Below are positions 12,650-26,055 of a stretch of DNA of 64,000 nt, piece after piece. Below the pieces are notes generated by a model. It made no database searches. It worked only from the letters and a program-made list of their open reading frames with translations, and was not told the DNA's origin. Origin of the DNA: Octopus vulgaris (taxonomy: Eukaryota); contig OX597822.1 in assembly GCA_951406725.2 (NCBI GenBank), positions 14,818,001 through 14,882,000 on the forward strand, given 5' to 3'. Position numbers and translations under genes: made by a program. The stretch's first letter is position 1. Each line of letters begins with the position of its first letter.

Positions 12650-12790
12650 TAGTTCAAATTTACAGTAAAGCAAAAGACGCAGAACAACAAGCAGGTGTAT
12701 TAGTTTAACGCTCAGTAAAAATAGAAAAGTCTTTCACGTTTCGAGCCTTCTCTCTTCGACAGAAAGGAATAAGGCAAAAATTAATACGTA
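12650..12790 (-). mobile_element. Short PLE-terminal-repeat relative with hammerhead-like motif at 12731-12766
   Basis: Minus strand CTTT-CTGTCGA-A-GAGAGAAGGCTC-GAAA-CGT-G-AAAG. Flank resembles 6790-6888. Confidence 0.65.
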
Positions 12791-12810
12791 TATATATATA
12801 TATATATATA

Positions 12811-13740
<930 letters not shown>

Positions 13741-13754
13741 CATCCACAAAATTA

Positions 13755-13850
<96 letters not shown>

Positions 13851-14399
13851 CATTATAAATAATTATACAGGTTTGGTCAAAAGTCATCTGACAGTAAATC
13901 AAAACCAAGATTAAAACAAAAATTAATTTTATTTGAGACTTCGCTAATAAATAGACAAATGTTGGAAAATATCGGTGATTTGAACTCACTTGAACGTTGA
14001 CTATTTACAGAATTTTGATTTACTGTCGGGTGACTTTTTGCCAACCCTGTGCATAATTTCCGCCAGTTAACAATCCAGTGACAAGGCTTCGGTCGACACG
14101 GGCCTACTGCAGAAGACACTCACTCAAGGCGCTACGCAGCGGGACTAAACCCGAAACCAGGTGGTTGCAAAGCGAAGTTTTTAACCGCACAGCCATGCAA
14201 GTGCGTATTAAATTTTTTTTATAAGAGTAGTTAGAAATGGTAGTCTTTTGTGTCCGTGAGAGACGGTTCCGCCATTTCTTGCTGAACAAACGGCACAGAT
14301 GATTGTTTTGTAGTGATCTAATATTTGTGCTGTGTGTTAGGTCTCTATCACCCTCCAATCAACTTCACTTTTGCAGGCGCCTGGTGTATCGCCAGTTAG

Positions 14400-14815
14400 A
14401 TATCAATTCTGATCGCAGAGCATGGTGAGATGAAGTGTTTTGCACGAGAACACAACGCACCGCTTGGTCCGGGAATCAAACCCTCGATCCGGCGGTCGTG
14501 AGATCCACACCCTAACCACCACTCCACTTGCCCTTACATCGCAATTATTGACAGCAATATATCTAGCGATGGTAAGGCGGCGAGCTGGCAGAACCGTTAG
14601 CACGCCGGGCGAAATGCTTTGCGGTATTTCGTCTGCCGCTACGTTCTGAGTTCAAATTCCGCCGAGGTCGACTTTGCCTTTCATCCTTTCGGGGTCGATT
14701 AAATAAGTACCAGTTACGCATTGGTTTCGATGTAATCGACTTAATCCCTTTGTCCCTTTGCCTGCCCTTGTTTGTCCCCTCTATGTTTAGCCTTTTGTTA
14801 CCAATAAGGAAATGA
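14400..14815. mobile_element. tRNA-head SINE fragment (minus, about 14400-14537) and monomeric family-A SINE (plus, 14575-14815)
   Basis: Heads and B-boxes are visible. An imperfect AATATATCTAGCGATG duplication flanks the family-A copy. Confidence 0.8.
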
Positions 14816-16309
14816 ATATAATCTAACGATGTTCATATTGCTTCGCGTGTCGCAATATTATTCACTTTTCAATAGTTAATGGTGTTATCAATGATAACAC
14901 CTTTATCAATTGTCAAAACATAAATTACCTAATTACAAAAAATAAAAATAATAGCACACACGCTATGACGCACAATGCGGTGTTTGCAGCATTTACTTAC
15001 ACCATGGTCAACTTCCTTTGTTTCCTAAGATATTAACCCTATCAGACCTGGACCCTGGATGTAACTTTTTCCGTCACCTCTGCTCTTGAGCAAAAATAAA
15101 AAAGAAAAGAAAGAAAAGTTGTTGCATGTACAGATCAAGGCTAACGATTGCAGACAAACCAATGGACCGAATCGGCTGCATCTTCTTTTTCAGTGTGTTG
15201 TTCATAACCACTTTGCCAGGAATCCGGTAGATATGACGTTTAACCTATTCCTGTTATAGCGACAGGGTTAAGAGAAACAGTAGCGACTTCTTCCTCGTTC
15301 CTATTTGTCGCTAAACTTTCTCGCGTTAGTTCAGTTTCAGCAGAAGTTCGCGGTAATTTCTTGGCAACTTTATGGTATGATGTGGTTTCAGTAATATTTT
15401 ACGCCCCTGATGCCCTCGAAAGAAGCATGAATGAATGTCCTTATACTTTTCCAGCTTTCTAAAGTCTAAGACTGTCTTAAACGACAGATTACTGGCTTAC
15501 ATTTGAAATCCCACTACCTCCACCAGCAACTTTAGTCTTATATTTCTGTTTTGGGAAAAAAACCCAAAAAATCTTAACCAATTTAGATACCCATAGTAAG
15601 ATCTTGATCCTCAACCTCTTGATGTCTCTGATTATTAAAGAATATGACACTGCGACAAAATCATAATACCAACACACGCGCTAACGTTTCTATCGTTTTG
15701 TGGTCTCGTGCCAATGTTTTATTGTTTTAAAAAAATCAATATTTTATCGTGTTTACACAAAATTTATGTTACGTTTCCAATATATACATTTTATGATTCA
15801 TCATTATCCGCCAGTGATGATCAAATATATCAATGATTAGCCTGGTCACAAATTTCTCAGAAAACTTTGCTATAATACAGGTGGAAACTATTTTCTCCGT
15901 CTACAGAAAAAGCTGTTAATCCTTAATCTAGTCCTTCCTATATTGTTTTTATTCCGGGTAACCACTGTTTGTTTTCAAATTTTTACTATCGAAACCTGTT
16001 TTAACAAATTAAAATTCTCCCCTCCCAGGGGTTCCACCCATTTACTTTTCGTTTATATTTCATCGGGGAACTCTTAACGCATGAAAGATTCCTCAGTTGT
16101 TCATATTTAACCTCTTAGTTAGAGAGGGAAGGGCGTCACCAGTGATGCTCCACTTCCCCATGCCCCTCACCCTCGAACTGGTGATAGTTAAAAAAATAAC
16201 TGACCCGAGCGATTGGAATCAAGTGAATTCCGTTAAAGGCTTACAGGGACCAGAGGATGGCATTATTTGGGTGAGGGGTAAAATTCATTATTTCGTAGTA
16301 AATATTATG

Positions 16310-16612
16310 CGTAAGGATTATGCGTGCAATGATTATTGTGTGTAATGATTATTGTGTGTAAGGATTATGTGTGCAATGATTTTTGTATGTAATGATTATT
16401 GTATGTAATGATTATTGCAATGATTATGTGTGTAATGATTATTGTATGTAAGGATTATTGTGTGTAATGATTATGTGTATAATGATGATTGTGTGTAATG
16501 ATTATTGTGTGTAATGATTATGTGTGTAATGATTATTGCAATGATTATTGTGTATAATGATTATTGGGTGTACTGAATATTGTGTGTAATGATTGTGTGC
16601 GTAATGATTATG
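16310..16612. repeat. Minisatellite with 15-16 bp unit AATGATTATTGTGTGT
   Basis: About 20 imperfect tandem copies read directly. Confidence 0.92.
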
Positions 16613-16939
16613 AGTACGAATTATTGTATAATATATTTATGAACGCACGCACACGTTTAAATTGAACTGTAAAACGTTCTTACTTCTTAATGAATCTAAA
16701 CTGTTGAATTCATAAGGTATTCGATAATCAATTCACAATCTATGGAATCATTACCTCTCTCTAGTTCTTTCGCTGTACCATTGTGCCTTTTATATCATTC
16801 TACCTAAGAGTAGGACTTCAAGGGCTTGATTGTTTTGACAGTTGTCTTAACCATCAACATCATACAGTAGTTTTCTTTATTTCTCTTCTTACCAATTTAT
16901 AAATAAGGCTTCGATGATATAGGCCGATATTTAAGCAAC

Positions 16940-17270
16940 TGATGGAATCATACCCGATGGACACTTCATTTCTCTCAGCGTGCATTCAATTGTTTTGCAC
17001 CAGGTGGGGTTTCGCCTTCCAGCCTTTCTATTCCAAGATGTCGCTCATTTTAAAGTTACCTTTGGTGTCCTGTTCTGATACAAAAATTCTGCTGTTTTAC
17101 TCCCAATCTCATATATTGCAACCAGTTTGGGAGCACTTCCTCTCATTCGGCAATTTGTTGGATCCGGATATGTGACAGATTTTCCCCAAGCACCTTCCGC
17201 CTATTGCATTGACCTTATTCACTTCACATTTTATACTCACCATCCTTCGTAGCCCTTAGAAAGACTGATT
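16940..17270 (-). mobile_element. Highly decayed RTE-like LINE C-terminal remnant
   Basis: Minus-strand peptides RCLGKICHISGSNKLPNE and RKAGRRNPTWCKTIECTLRE resemble the RTE motifs RCLRKIL.I.W.D.I.NE and R..GRP..TW...I. Confidence 0.55.
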
Positions 17271-18321
17271 TTAAATCTAAAACTATTATACTTTCAGATC
17301 GACTGAATTCCTCACATACTTTGGTAAATCTTGTATTTTTTATTTACCTCATTTATTTAGACATTTTTTATTTTTGTAGAAACCTCCTCGACGATAGAAC
17401 ACAAGACTATGATGCAATTACATCTATCAAATACTGGTTAAATTGTTCGGTATATTAGGGCCTTGTGCCTAGAGTAGAAACAAATATATTAGGTGTTTCT
17501 ATCATCCCTTTTTCTTATGATTTAGCCTTCGTCATTTATTGCTAAAACTATGTCCAAAGCCAAGTCATTAGCCTAGAAATAATTTATATAAATAAGATGT
17601 AGTGTTAACCACAAATATTAGAGATGAATATTCTATCTAGATAATGGCTTAAGATGAAACTATCGTTAATCTAAATCATAGATTTTAAAATCTAAGCATG
17701 TAATTGAACTAATTGTGTACTTGTAGAGAATCCACTCAGAACAACCAACAAATACGTGGCATAGAAATACAGATTACAAACTGGTGCACGTGATATAAAT
17801 GTGACTACTGATAACTTATATCACTTTTGATTTCAACCTAGGAGTTAATCAATTCGTAATCAGCAGTTCTGACATTTATGAATTAAAACACGTCGTTTAT
17901 ATCAGTGTTTATCTAACGGCTAAAGGTTTATATTGTCAGGCGGAATATGTCAAGAGAACTCTGTAACAACTTTTACATAAGGGTTACAAATATTAGGTCT
18001 AAACAACCTGTGAAGGATAACAACAGTCAAAAACAGTCTTTGGCTTAGTTGTGCCACTCTAATTCTAAACCATGCTTCCTACATATTTTACTTTCTATGA
18101 TACTTATCAATCATATGTTCGGTGTCAGCCATATCAAGAGCAAAGTCCTCAAGAGGCCGGCCTTGCAATGTATGTTAATTCCGATGTCTCGTATCACTTC
18201 GTGTTCATTACTATACAGTTCCTTAAATCCAATGAAGTTAACTCTATTTGCCTTATTCCACGTGACAATATATTGATAAAAACTAAATGTTTAATTTAAT
18301 TAAACTTATTTACCTCGGGTT

Positions 18322-18600
18322 GTGGAAGCGTAATGGCCCAGTGGTTAGGGCAGCGGACATGCAGTCGTAGGATCGCGGTTTTGATTCCCAGACCGGGCGT
18401 TGCGAGTGTTTATTGAGCGAAAAATACCTAAAGCTCTACGACGCTCCGGCGGTGGTAGGGGCGATCCCTGCTGTACTCTTTCGCCACAACTTTCACCCTT
18501 TCTTCTGTTGGTCATTTGAAGGCTAAAACAATGCGAAGCGCATTGTGACCAGCGATGTGTAGCAACATCTGATAACCTGGTCGGTCACGGTGATCACGTG
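18322..18600 (+). mobile_element. tRNA-derived SINE, family D (GTGGAGGCGCAATGGCCCAGTGGTTAGGG head)
   Basis: Homologous to 52487-52790, 42995-43173 and 60282-60437. Confidence 0.85.
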
Positions 18601-19065
18601 ATTTATCTCGGGTTATGCCATGCTGACGGTTTCTAATAAGAATGAAATGGCACTCTATATGATTACTAATGACTAGCATTTTAAGATCTTCAAAATAAAT
18701 AACCAACAATAAAAAGTAAATTTAGATATGTATATTCTACATATTTTCTACTTTGTTCTTCGGTTTTAAATTCAAACTTGTAATGCGGCAAAATATTATG
18801 TAGAAATGATTATCTCCCTTACACAAATTGGCCACCAGGGAACGCCACGTACTAAATGTACCGTTGAGAAACGAAAACGAGTAGAAATATTCTCGATCGA
18901 CTGTTTCCGAGCAGTGTTGAGTACAAAATTGACACTTGAGTTGATGCCCATCCACGTCCTCATAGAAGCAGACATACATTAGTAAACATGACTCTTAATG
19001 TTGGCACAACGCCTCAAGATATGAAGGAAGGGTGCAATATTATAATAAACCACTACCCTTGAGAG

Positions 19066-19350
19066 TGAGACCCCCTTCGGTCATGAAGGACCATGGGATT
19101 GCACCTAGAAAGTTACCCTCCGAGGCACAAGTCTGGGCAAGGTTTTTTGTGTAAGGCCAGCAGTGGCCATGCATACCAACCTCCCCTCTCCACGCCACCG
19201 ATGTTATCCAAGGGAAAGGCAAAGGGGCCGATACAGCTTGGCACCAGTGATGTCGCAACTCATTTCTACAGCTGAATTAACTGGAGCAACGTGAAATAAT
19301 GTGTCTTTCTCAAGAACACAACACGCAGCCCGGTCCGGGAATCGAACCCA
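19066..19350 (-). mobile_element. Family-C SINE, 5'-truncated
   Basis: Near-identical to 1980-2260. Confidence 0.88.
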
Positions 19351-19663
19351 CAAAAGAACCAATAGAATAAGTCGGAAACTTTTTTTAAAATGCCTACGTG
19401 GTGGCCGTGGTGGTGGCCGTGGTGGGGGCAATATGTTTGACTAAAGCTTTCCAGAGGCGGTGACCCAGCATGGCCGCATTTCAATGACAGAAAGAAGTTA
19501 AAGATAGAAAAGTAAAATATTAATTGACCTGCGGATACATAATATCTGAATTAATTTTGGTTAATTGAAGACTAAAAGCTCTGGATAGCAATTTCGGGTT
19601 CATTTCGCAAGTGAACAGAAATTGAAAGAAGGCAAGGCAGAAATTGGTTATAATTCTAGTAAT

Positions 19664-20063
19664 ATTCTTTTCTACTCTATGCACAAGGCCAGAAATTTTT
19701 GGGGAGAGGCGTAGTGGATTAGATCGACCCCAGTACGCAACTGGTACTTAATTTATTGACCCAGAAAAGTAAAAGGCAAATCGACCTCAGCGGAATTTGA
19801 ACTCAGAACATAAAGACAGACGAAATACCTATTTCTTTTCTACCCTCAAGGGGCTAAACACAGAGAGGACAAACAAGGACAGACAAACGGATTAAGTCGA
19901 TTACATCGACCCCCAGTGCGTAACTGGTACTTATTTAATCGACTCCGAAAGGATGAAATACAAAGTCGACCTCGGCGGAATTTGAACTCAGTACGTAGCG
20001 GCAGGCGAAATACCGCTAAACATTTCGCCTGGCGTGCTAACGATTCTGCCAGCTCGCCGCCTT
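19664..20063 (-). mobile_element. Dimeric family-A SINE with 17-bp TSD
   Basis: GTTATAATTCTAGTAAT at 19647-19663 and 20064-20080; two internal units. Confidence 0.9.
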
Positions 20064-21804
20064 GTTATAATTCTAGTAATGACAATCTGATGACTGAGAT
20101 ATAAGTGAAATAGATGTACACTCGGGCCTCCATAGTTCAATGTTGACCATCCATATAAACGTGAGTGTACAGGCCAAGGAAAGGAATTGTTAGGGAAACA
20201 AGTTGTTAGCCATACCTGCAAGTCTTTCCTCTCCGCACCATGTCTATCCAAAGTCCGTCCACTTAGACTAATACAGTGCAGTACTAATGTCGCAAACGTT
20301 GCTGTCAGAACGCAAAAATCAGGATCAGAGGCCGAAAAGCATCCTGTCCTATTCTCAAATAGTTCTGCTATTTCGACGCCTTGAATCGTTGCTGTTATAA
20401 ATGGTTCTCAAAGACCTGTGAATCTTGGCAATATTTGAATTCAGGAGGTAAAAAGTCGAGGCAAATAACTGGAAGCATTCTCCCAGCGTTCTAACAACTC
20501 AGCCTTTGATACTGCTTAGAATAATTTATTGATTTCGTATTTCGATACAAAGCAATAACTGAGAGAGACAGATTGCGCATCGCTTGTTTAAGAACCTCAA
20601 CTACAAAGGTGAAGTGACGCGATTTTAATCGTAAATCGAATCCCATTTTAGCTGTTAATGGAAGCTTATCAGTTCTAGTAGCGTTTGCTATTATTTTCTC
20701 AATTATCTAAAGAAGATCCACTAAATCGTTTGATTATATTATCTCTTTAGTATAGGGGATGTCCTATATTTGTAAGGATATGAAAATATTTGGCTGTGAC
20801 GCTGTGATATTCATGTCTTTCGCAAATAGAAAGCATATTAAGACAATTTGAACGAGGAAACTTAAATCAAAACTTGGGCAGCAGAACCGATGAGACACGT
20901 CTCACTAGAAATGTGCCACTATTTTGCAACGAGTTCACCATTATTTTCTTGTATATTTAAAAAAAGAGTAATTTTAATATTAATTTAATACAGGCGTTAA
21001 ACAAAGACAAACACCACAAAACATGGTTTAATTGATTAATTAATTAATTAAAAATACACAAAAGAAAATTTTATCAGTAAAGTTTTTAAACACCTTTATA
21101 CGAAGTGTAAATTGAATATAATATAATATGTAGCAGGTGAAAAAAGTATCACTCACTAATTTAGTTAAAAATTTTACAAGATTTAAAATAAAAATATCTA
21201 TAATTATAATTTTCACTATCAAAAACAGAGCAAGGCGCGTACATACATAGCTGGCGATGAGCAATCAATATATTCTGTTATCTTTGTTCTAAAGAATTTA
21301 ACATTTTCAGGTGTCCATTATTGGAATAAAAGATAAAAGATTAAAAAGTAAACTGATTAATGTAGGAGCCCACATCGAAGATCATATCAGAAGAGATCTG
21401 ATTAAAAATTCCTAGTTAAGCAATAAAAGAACTAACGGGCGGATACCTTCAGTAATCAGAGAAAGGAAACAAATGGCGAATTAACGGGGTTCATTTTAGA
21501 AATTTTTAATCAGTGTCATGATAAAGGAATCAAAATGTATGTGTGTGTGTATGTATGTTGGTACACACACACACACACATATATATATATGCCTGTATAT
21601 ACCTATGTATTTGTGTGAGTGTGTGCCCATATATATATATATATATATATAAACGCACAGCACATAAATATATACACAAGGGAGACAAGTTCAAAAGAAA
21701 CTATGTCAGACTACTTAGAATTTAGTCTAAAAGATTAGTCTCAGAGAGAATGAAATAAATTTATTGATTAAAAATCTTAAACACACACACATATACATAT
21801 ATGT

Positions 21805-21838
<34 letters not shown>

Positions 21839-22277
21839 ACACATACATACGTACATGGATACATACGTATTGAAGATATGACAAAGTTTATCAAAAATTT
21901 ACCTTCGCTCTGTTCAGGTAAGTGCAGATTTATAGATTTAAAACCGAAACTAAGCAGGAGATTATAATAAAGAAAAACTCCTGTGTTTAACAAATTGAAA
22001 AAGGAATTAATTTGATATCAGACGAATAGCATCGCCATTTCAAAGAAGATAACAAGCCTCTTACAGCTAAAACAAACGAAAACAACTGAATAACACATCA
22101 TATTCTGCTGAGAATGGACAGAAACGTGAAAGTACCAAGTAGTATTATTACCTATATCTCTTTGATCTACATTTATGATCCTGTTGGATCGATTATATCT
22201 TTTATCAGTAATAGATTGATGAAATAAATTCTAGCTATATACTTCGATTAAATTTATTTAGATATTATTGTCGTTGC

Positions 22278-22493
22278 TCTTCTTCTTCTTCTTCTTCTTC
22301 TTCTTCTTCTTCTTCTTCTTCTTCTTCTTCTTCTTCTTCTTCTTCTTCTTCTTCTTCTTCTTCTTCTTCTTCTTCTTCTTCTTCTTCTTCTTCTTCTTCT
22401 TCTTCTTCTTCTTCTTCTTCTTCTTCTTCTTCTTCTTCTTCTTCTTCTTCTTCTTCTTCTTCTTCTTCTTCTTCTTCTTCTTCTTCTTCTTCT
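22278..22493. repeat. Long pure (TTC)n/(GAA)n tract, about 215 bp
   Basis: Direct reading. Confidence 0.97.
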
Positions 22494-23005
22494 GAGAGAG
22501 CAGTGCATGCCATCAAAGTGATAATGGGATAAAATATACGAAGCTCAGTATACCATATAATGACTACCCGTGTGATAAGGGTACACCAAGCACATGCATC
22601 ACAACCATATGTGCGCGACATGGTGAGCTCACATCAAGATAAACAGCGCATGAACTTACGGGTGGGGCCCAGTTACAATTTTCTCAAAAGGTCCCCGAAT
22701 AAGGATTGTTTAAGGATGTTGAACGAACCACCCATGTTTCCTAAGGTGAATTATCCAATACTCTAAGAATTCCTTTCAACACACGGCTATGATGCTCCCC
22801 CGCTACTTCTGTACGTGATCAGAGATATACATATCGTCAGCCACCAAGGGACATGCTCAAGTGATTAAGGTCAAACAACTGACAAGCAAATCTGTGGTAT
22901 TGAGCAGAATATTTGCTGTAGCCCATCTTTTATACCAACACAAAACAATGTACATGTTAACTCTTCCAATCAGTCAAGATCAGAAGCCATGAGAGCCAAT
23001 GCTCG

Positions 23006-23006
<1 letters not shown>

Positions 23007-23070
<64 letters not shown>

Positions 23071-23104
23071 AGCCCAAGATTCCGAGTTCGATTTCAGGCA
23101 GTGA

Positions 23105-23184
<80 letters not shown>

Positions 23185-23197
23185 CCAACAACAACAA
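23007..23197. repeat. (ATT)n and (AAT)n tracts in inverted orientation around a 40-bp spacer
   Basis: Tracts at 23007-23069 and 23109-23183. Confidence 0.95.
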
Positions 23198-24046
23198 CAT
23201 CGAAAAATACCTTGGAAATGAGAACCCAGGTTCGAAATTTCCCCAAGACACCCGATGAAGGCTGGAGGGTATATCGTTGTGCTAACAATAAACATGATGA
23301 GGACAAATATCCGGGAATTTTAAATAATTTAAATAAAGGAATATTGTCTAAATATAAATGAATCCTTAAATTCGGGTCACCGATTTATATACGGTACCAT
23401 GGTTATGTTAGAAGTTCCCTTTTTACACACGTGCTTCAAGCGGAAGCTGTACGGTCGCCAGTTATATAGATTGACATGTTTGTGGGTGTGTGTCGGTGTG
23501 TATACATGTGTGTACGTGTGTGTGAATATGTGTGTCTGTGTGTGCGTATATATCAAAACACACACATATACATAAGTATACATATAATTATACACATATA
23601 TACAGGTATTGTTAAAATATATACTTTTATCAATATGCAGATGGATGTATGCATACACACACACAGACACACACATGGGAGGGCATAGCTATTGACTGTA
23701 GCAGGTGGAGAAGGATTGTGCATGAGGGGACAGTTGCTTTTGAGAAATCCCGTCAATTTCGGGAAAATAATTGACACTCACTTGATCATTTTGTTCTGAT
23801 AATTACTGAACTCCGTACATTAAAAGACTACGTCTCTCGGACACTCGCGCACACATTGAACATAGACGCATAAACGTAAACACTCGCACAATGAAAGACA
23901 GCGAAAATTCAACATTGCAAAAAGCTCTAAGAATACTGAACAAAAACCTAGCATCTCGTTTCATTTGTTGTGAGAAGCAGAAATGTGGAATTTCGCAAGA
24001 TGCTTACCTAATGATGAAAGAAAATTTGAAAGAATATAGAAGAAAA

Positions 24047-24439
24047 CTTTTTACTCTTTTTACTTGTTTCAGTCATTTGACTGCGGCCATGCTGGAGCAC
24101 TGCCTTTAATCGAGCAAATCGACCCCAGGACTTATTCTTTGTAAGCCCAGTACTTATTTAATCGGTCTCTTTTGCCGAACCGCTAAGTGACGGGGACGTA
24201 AACACACCAGCATCGGTTGTCAAACAATGCTAGGGGGACAAACACAGACACACACACATATATATATACATATATACGACGGGCTTCTTTCAGTTTCCGT
24301 CTACCAAATCCACTCACAAGGCATTGGTCGGCCTGGGGCTATAGCAGAAGACACTTGCCCAAGATGCCACGCAGTGGGACTGAACCCGGACCATGTAGCT
24401 GGTTAGCAAGCTACTTACCACACAGCCACTCCTGCACCT
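24047..24439 (-). mobile_element. Full-length family-B SINE with long flanking duplication
   Basis: Near-identical to 53096-53517. A 41-bp direct repeat lies at 24006-24046 and 24436-24476. Confidence 0.92.
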
Positions 24440-24781
24440 AATGATGAAAGAAAATTTGAAAGAATATAGAAGAAAATTATTTTTATAAAATGATTTATAC
24501 ATAAACACGCACACATCTTTCAGTGTGTGTGTGTGTGTGTTTATATTTATGTGTGTATGTATCGATGTGTGTGTGCGGGTGACATTGTCTTTCAATGTAT
24601 GGAGTTGAGTATCAGAAGAGTTTGCTCGAGTGAGAGACCAGAGAAGACAGAAACCGTATCTTGATGACTTACCAATTTTTCGCACATTTACTAATTAAAT
24701 ATAAGAGTTCTTTATAATTTCCACGATTATTAGATTCTTCAGATTCAAAATAACCCCAAAATGATAATTCCTGACTACCTA

Positions 24782-26055
24782 CGAGGGACGTCCAATAAGT
24801 AATGCCCCTGACCCACTTGCAGTTGTTTGATCTAGCATGTGCAATTATTTATATCTCTATAGATTAAGTGGCAAATTACAGCTCTGAACTAATTGTAGTT
24901 TCTGATTTACAGGTGTTTGAACTGAGTCAAGTGTGAAATGGAACCTGTTGAGTGTCGAGCAGTGATCCGGTTTTTGTATTTGAAAGGATGCACAGCACGG
25001 GAGACTTTTGATGAAATGAAAGTAACTTATGGTGAGGATGCCCCATCATATGACCTTGTAAAACGCTGGCATCGTGAATTCAAACATGGTCGGAACTCTG
25101 TGGAAACAGCTCCCAGATCTGGTCGCCCCCCTTCTGCCATTCATGAGGCATCTGTCCGTCAAGTTGAGGCTGCCATTTTGGAAGATCGACGCATAACAAT
25201 TCGCCAAATAGCCCATCAGGTCAAGATTAGTACCGGGTCTGTGGAAACTATCATTCATGACCATTTGCATATGCAAAAGGTGTCTGCCAGATGGATTTCC
25301 AGGTTGCTCACACCTTTCCAGAAGCAAGAACGCGTCAAGTGCTCAAGGATGAATTTGGAGATGTGCCAAGAAGATGAGTCAACATTTTTCAAAAGACTGA
25401 TTACACAGAATGAAACCTGGGTCCATCACTATGATCCAGAGACCAAAGCCCGGTCAATGTAGTGGAAGCACCGTGACTCACCTCCTCCAAAGAAGGCAAG
25501 GGTGCAGCCCTTCGCTGGCAACGTCATGTTCACAGTCTTCTGGGACCAGGACAGAGTAGTGATGACAGATTTCCTGGCAAAGGGTACCACAATTACAGGA
25601 GCCTATTATGCTTCACTTTTGAGGAAATTAAGAGAAGCTATCAAAATCAAGAGGCGGGGCAATATCAGCAAAGACATCCTCCTCCTGCAGGACAACGCTC
25701 CGGTCCACAACTCGCTTGTCGCCAGATCAGAAGCACAGGCGTGCGGCTATGAACTCCTCCCCCATCTCTCCTGACCTTGCACCCTCTGATTTTCACCTCT
25801 TTCCATCCATGAAGTTGTTTTTGAAAGGAAAGCGTTTCCCAGATTGTGCAGCCTTGATTTCTGAAGTCACGTCGTGGTTGGAGGACCAAGCTGGGGTCTT
25901 CTACAAAAACGGTCTCTAGAGCTGCATCAAACGAGGGAAGAAATGCGTAACTCTGGGTGATTCCTATGTAGAAAAAGACTAATAACTGTGCCAAGTTTCG
26001 TTGCTCTACTACTATGGGAAGTGGGTCAGGGGCATTACTTATTGAACGCCCCTCA
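24782..26055 (+). mobile_element. Full-length mariner (DD34D-type) DNA transposon
   Basis: About 38-bp TIRs (CGAGGGACGTCCAATAAGTAATGCCCCTGACCCACTT and its near reverse complement), TA on both sides, about 1.27 kb. Confidence 0.95.
24938..25983 (+). pseudogene. Mariner transposase pseudogene
   Basis: HTH N-terminus, RSGRP, KVSARWI, ITQNETWVHHYDPE, LLQDNAPVH, SPDLAPSDFHLF. Stops near 25460 and 25917, frameshift near 25770. Confidence 0.93.

Noticed and set aside
16310-16612. Regular repeats as a CRISPR array
   Set aside because: Head-to-tail units with no unique spacers, eukaryotic context and no cas genes.
18050-18300. Possible APE endonuclease remnant (EAGLAMYVNSD)
   Set aside because: Only one short weak motif; cannot be supported without a profile search.
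21300-21925. Plus-strand splice-like signals (TTTTCAG at about 21310, CAG|GTAAGT at about 21917)
   Set aside because: No coherent ORF or partner exons; expected by chance.
22254-22621. Poly-R, poly-E and poly-F ORFs
   Set aside because: Translations of the (TTC)n tract.
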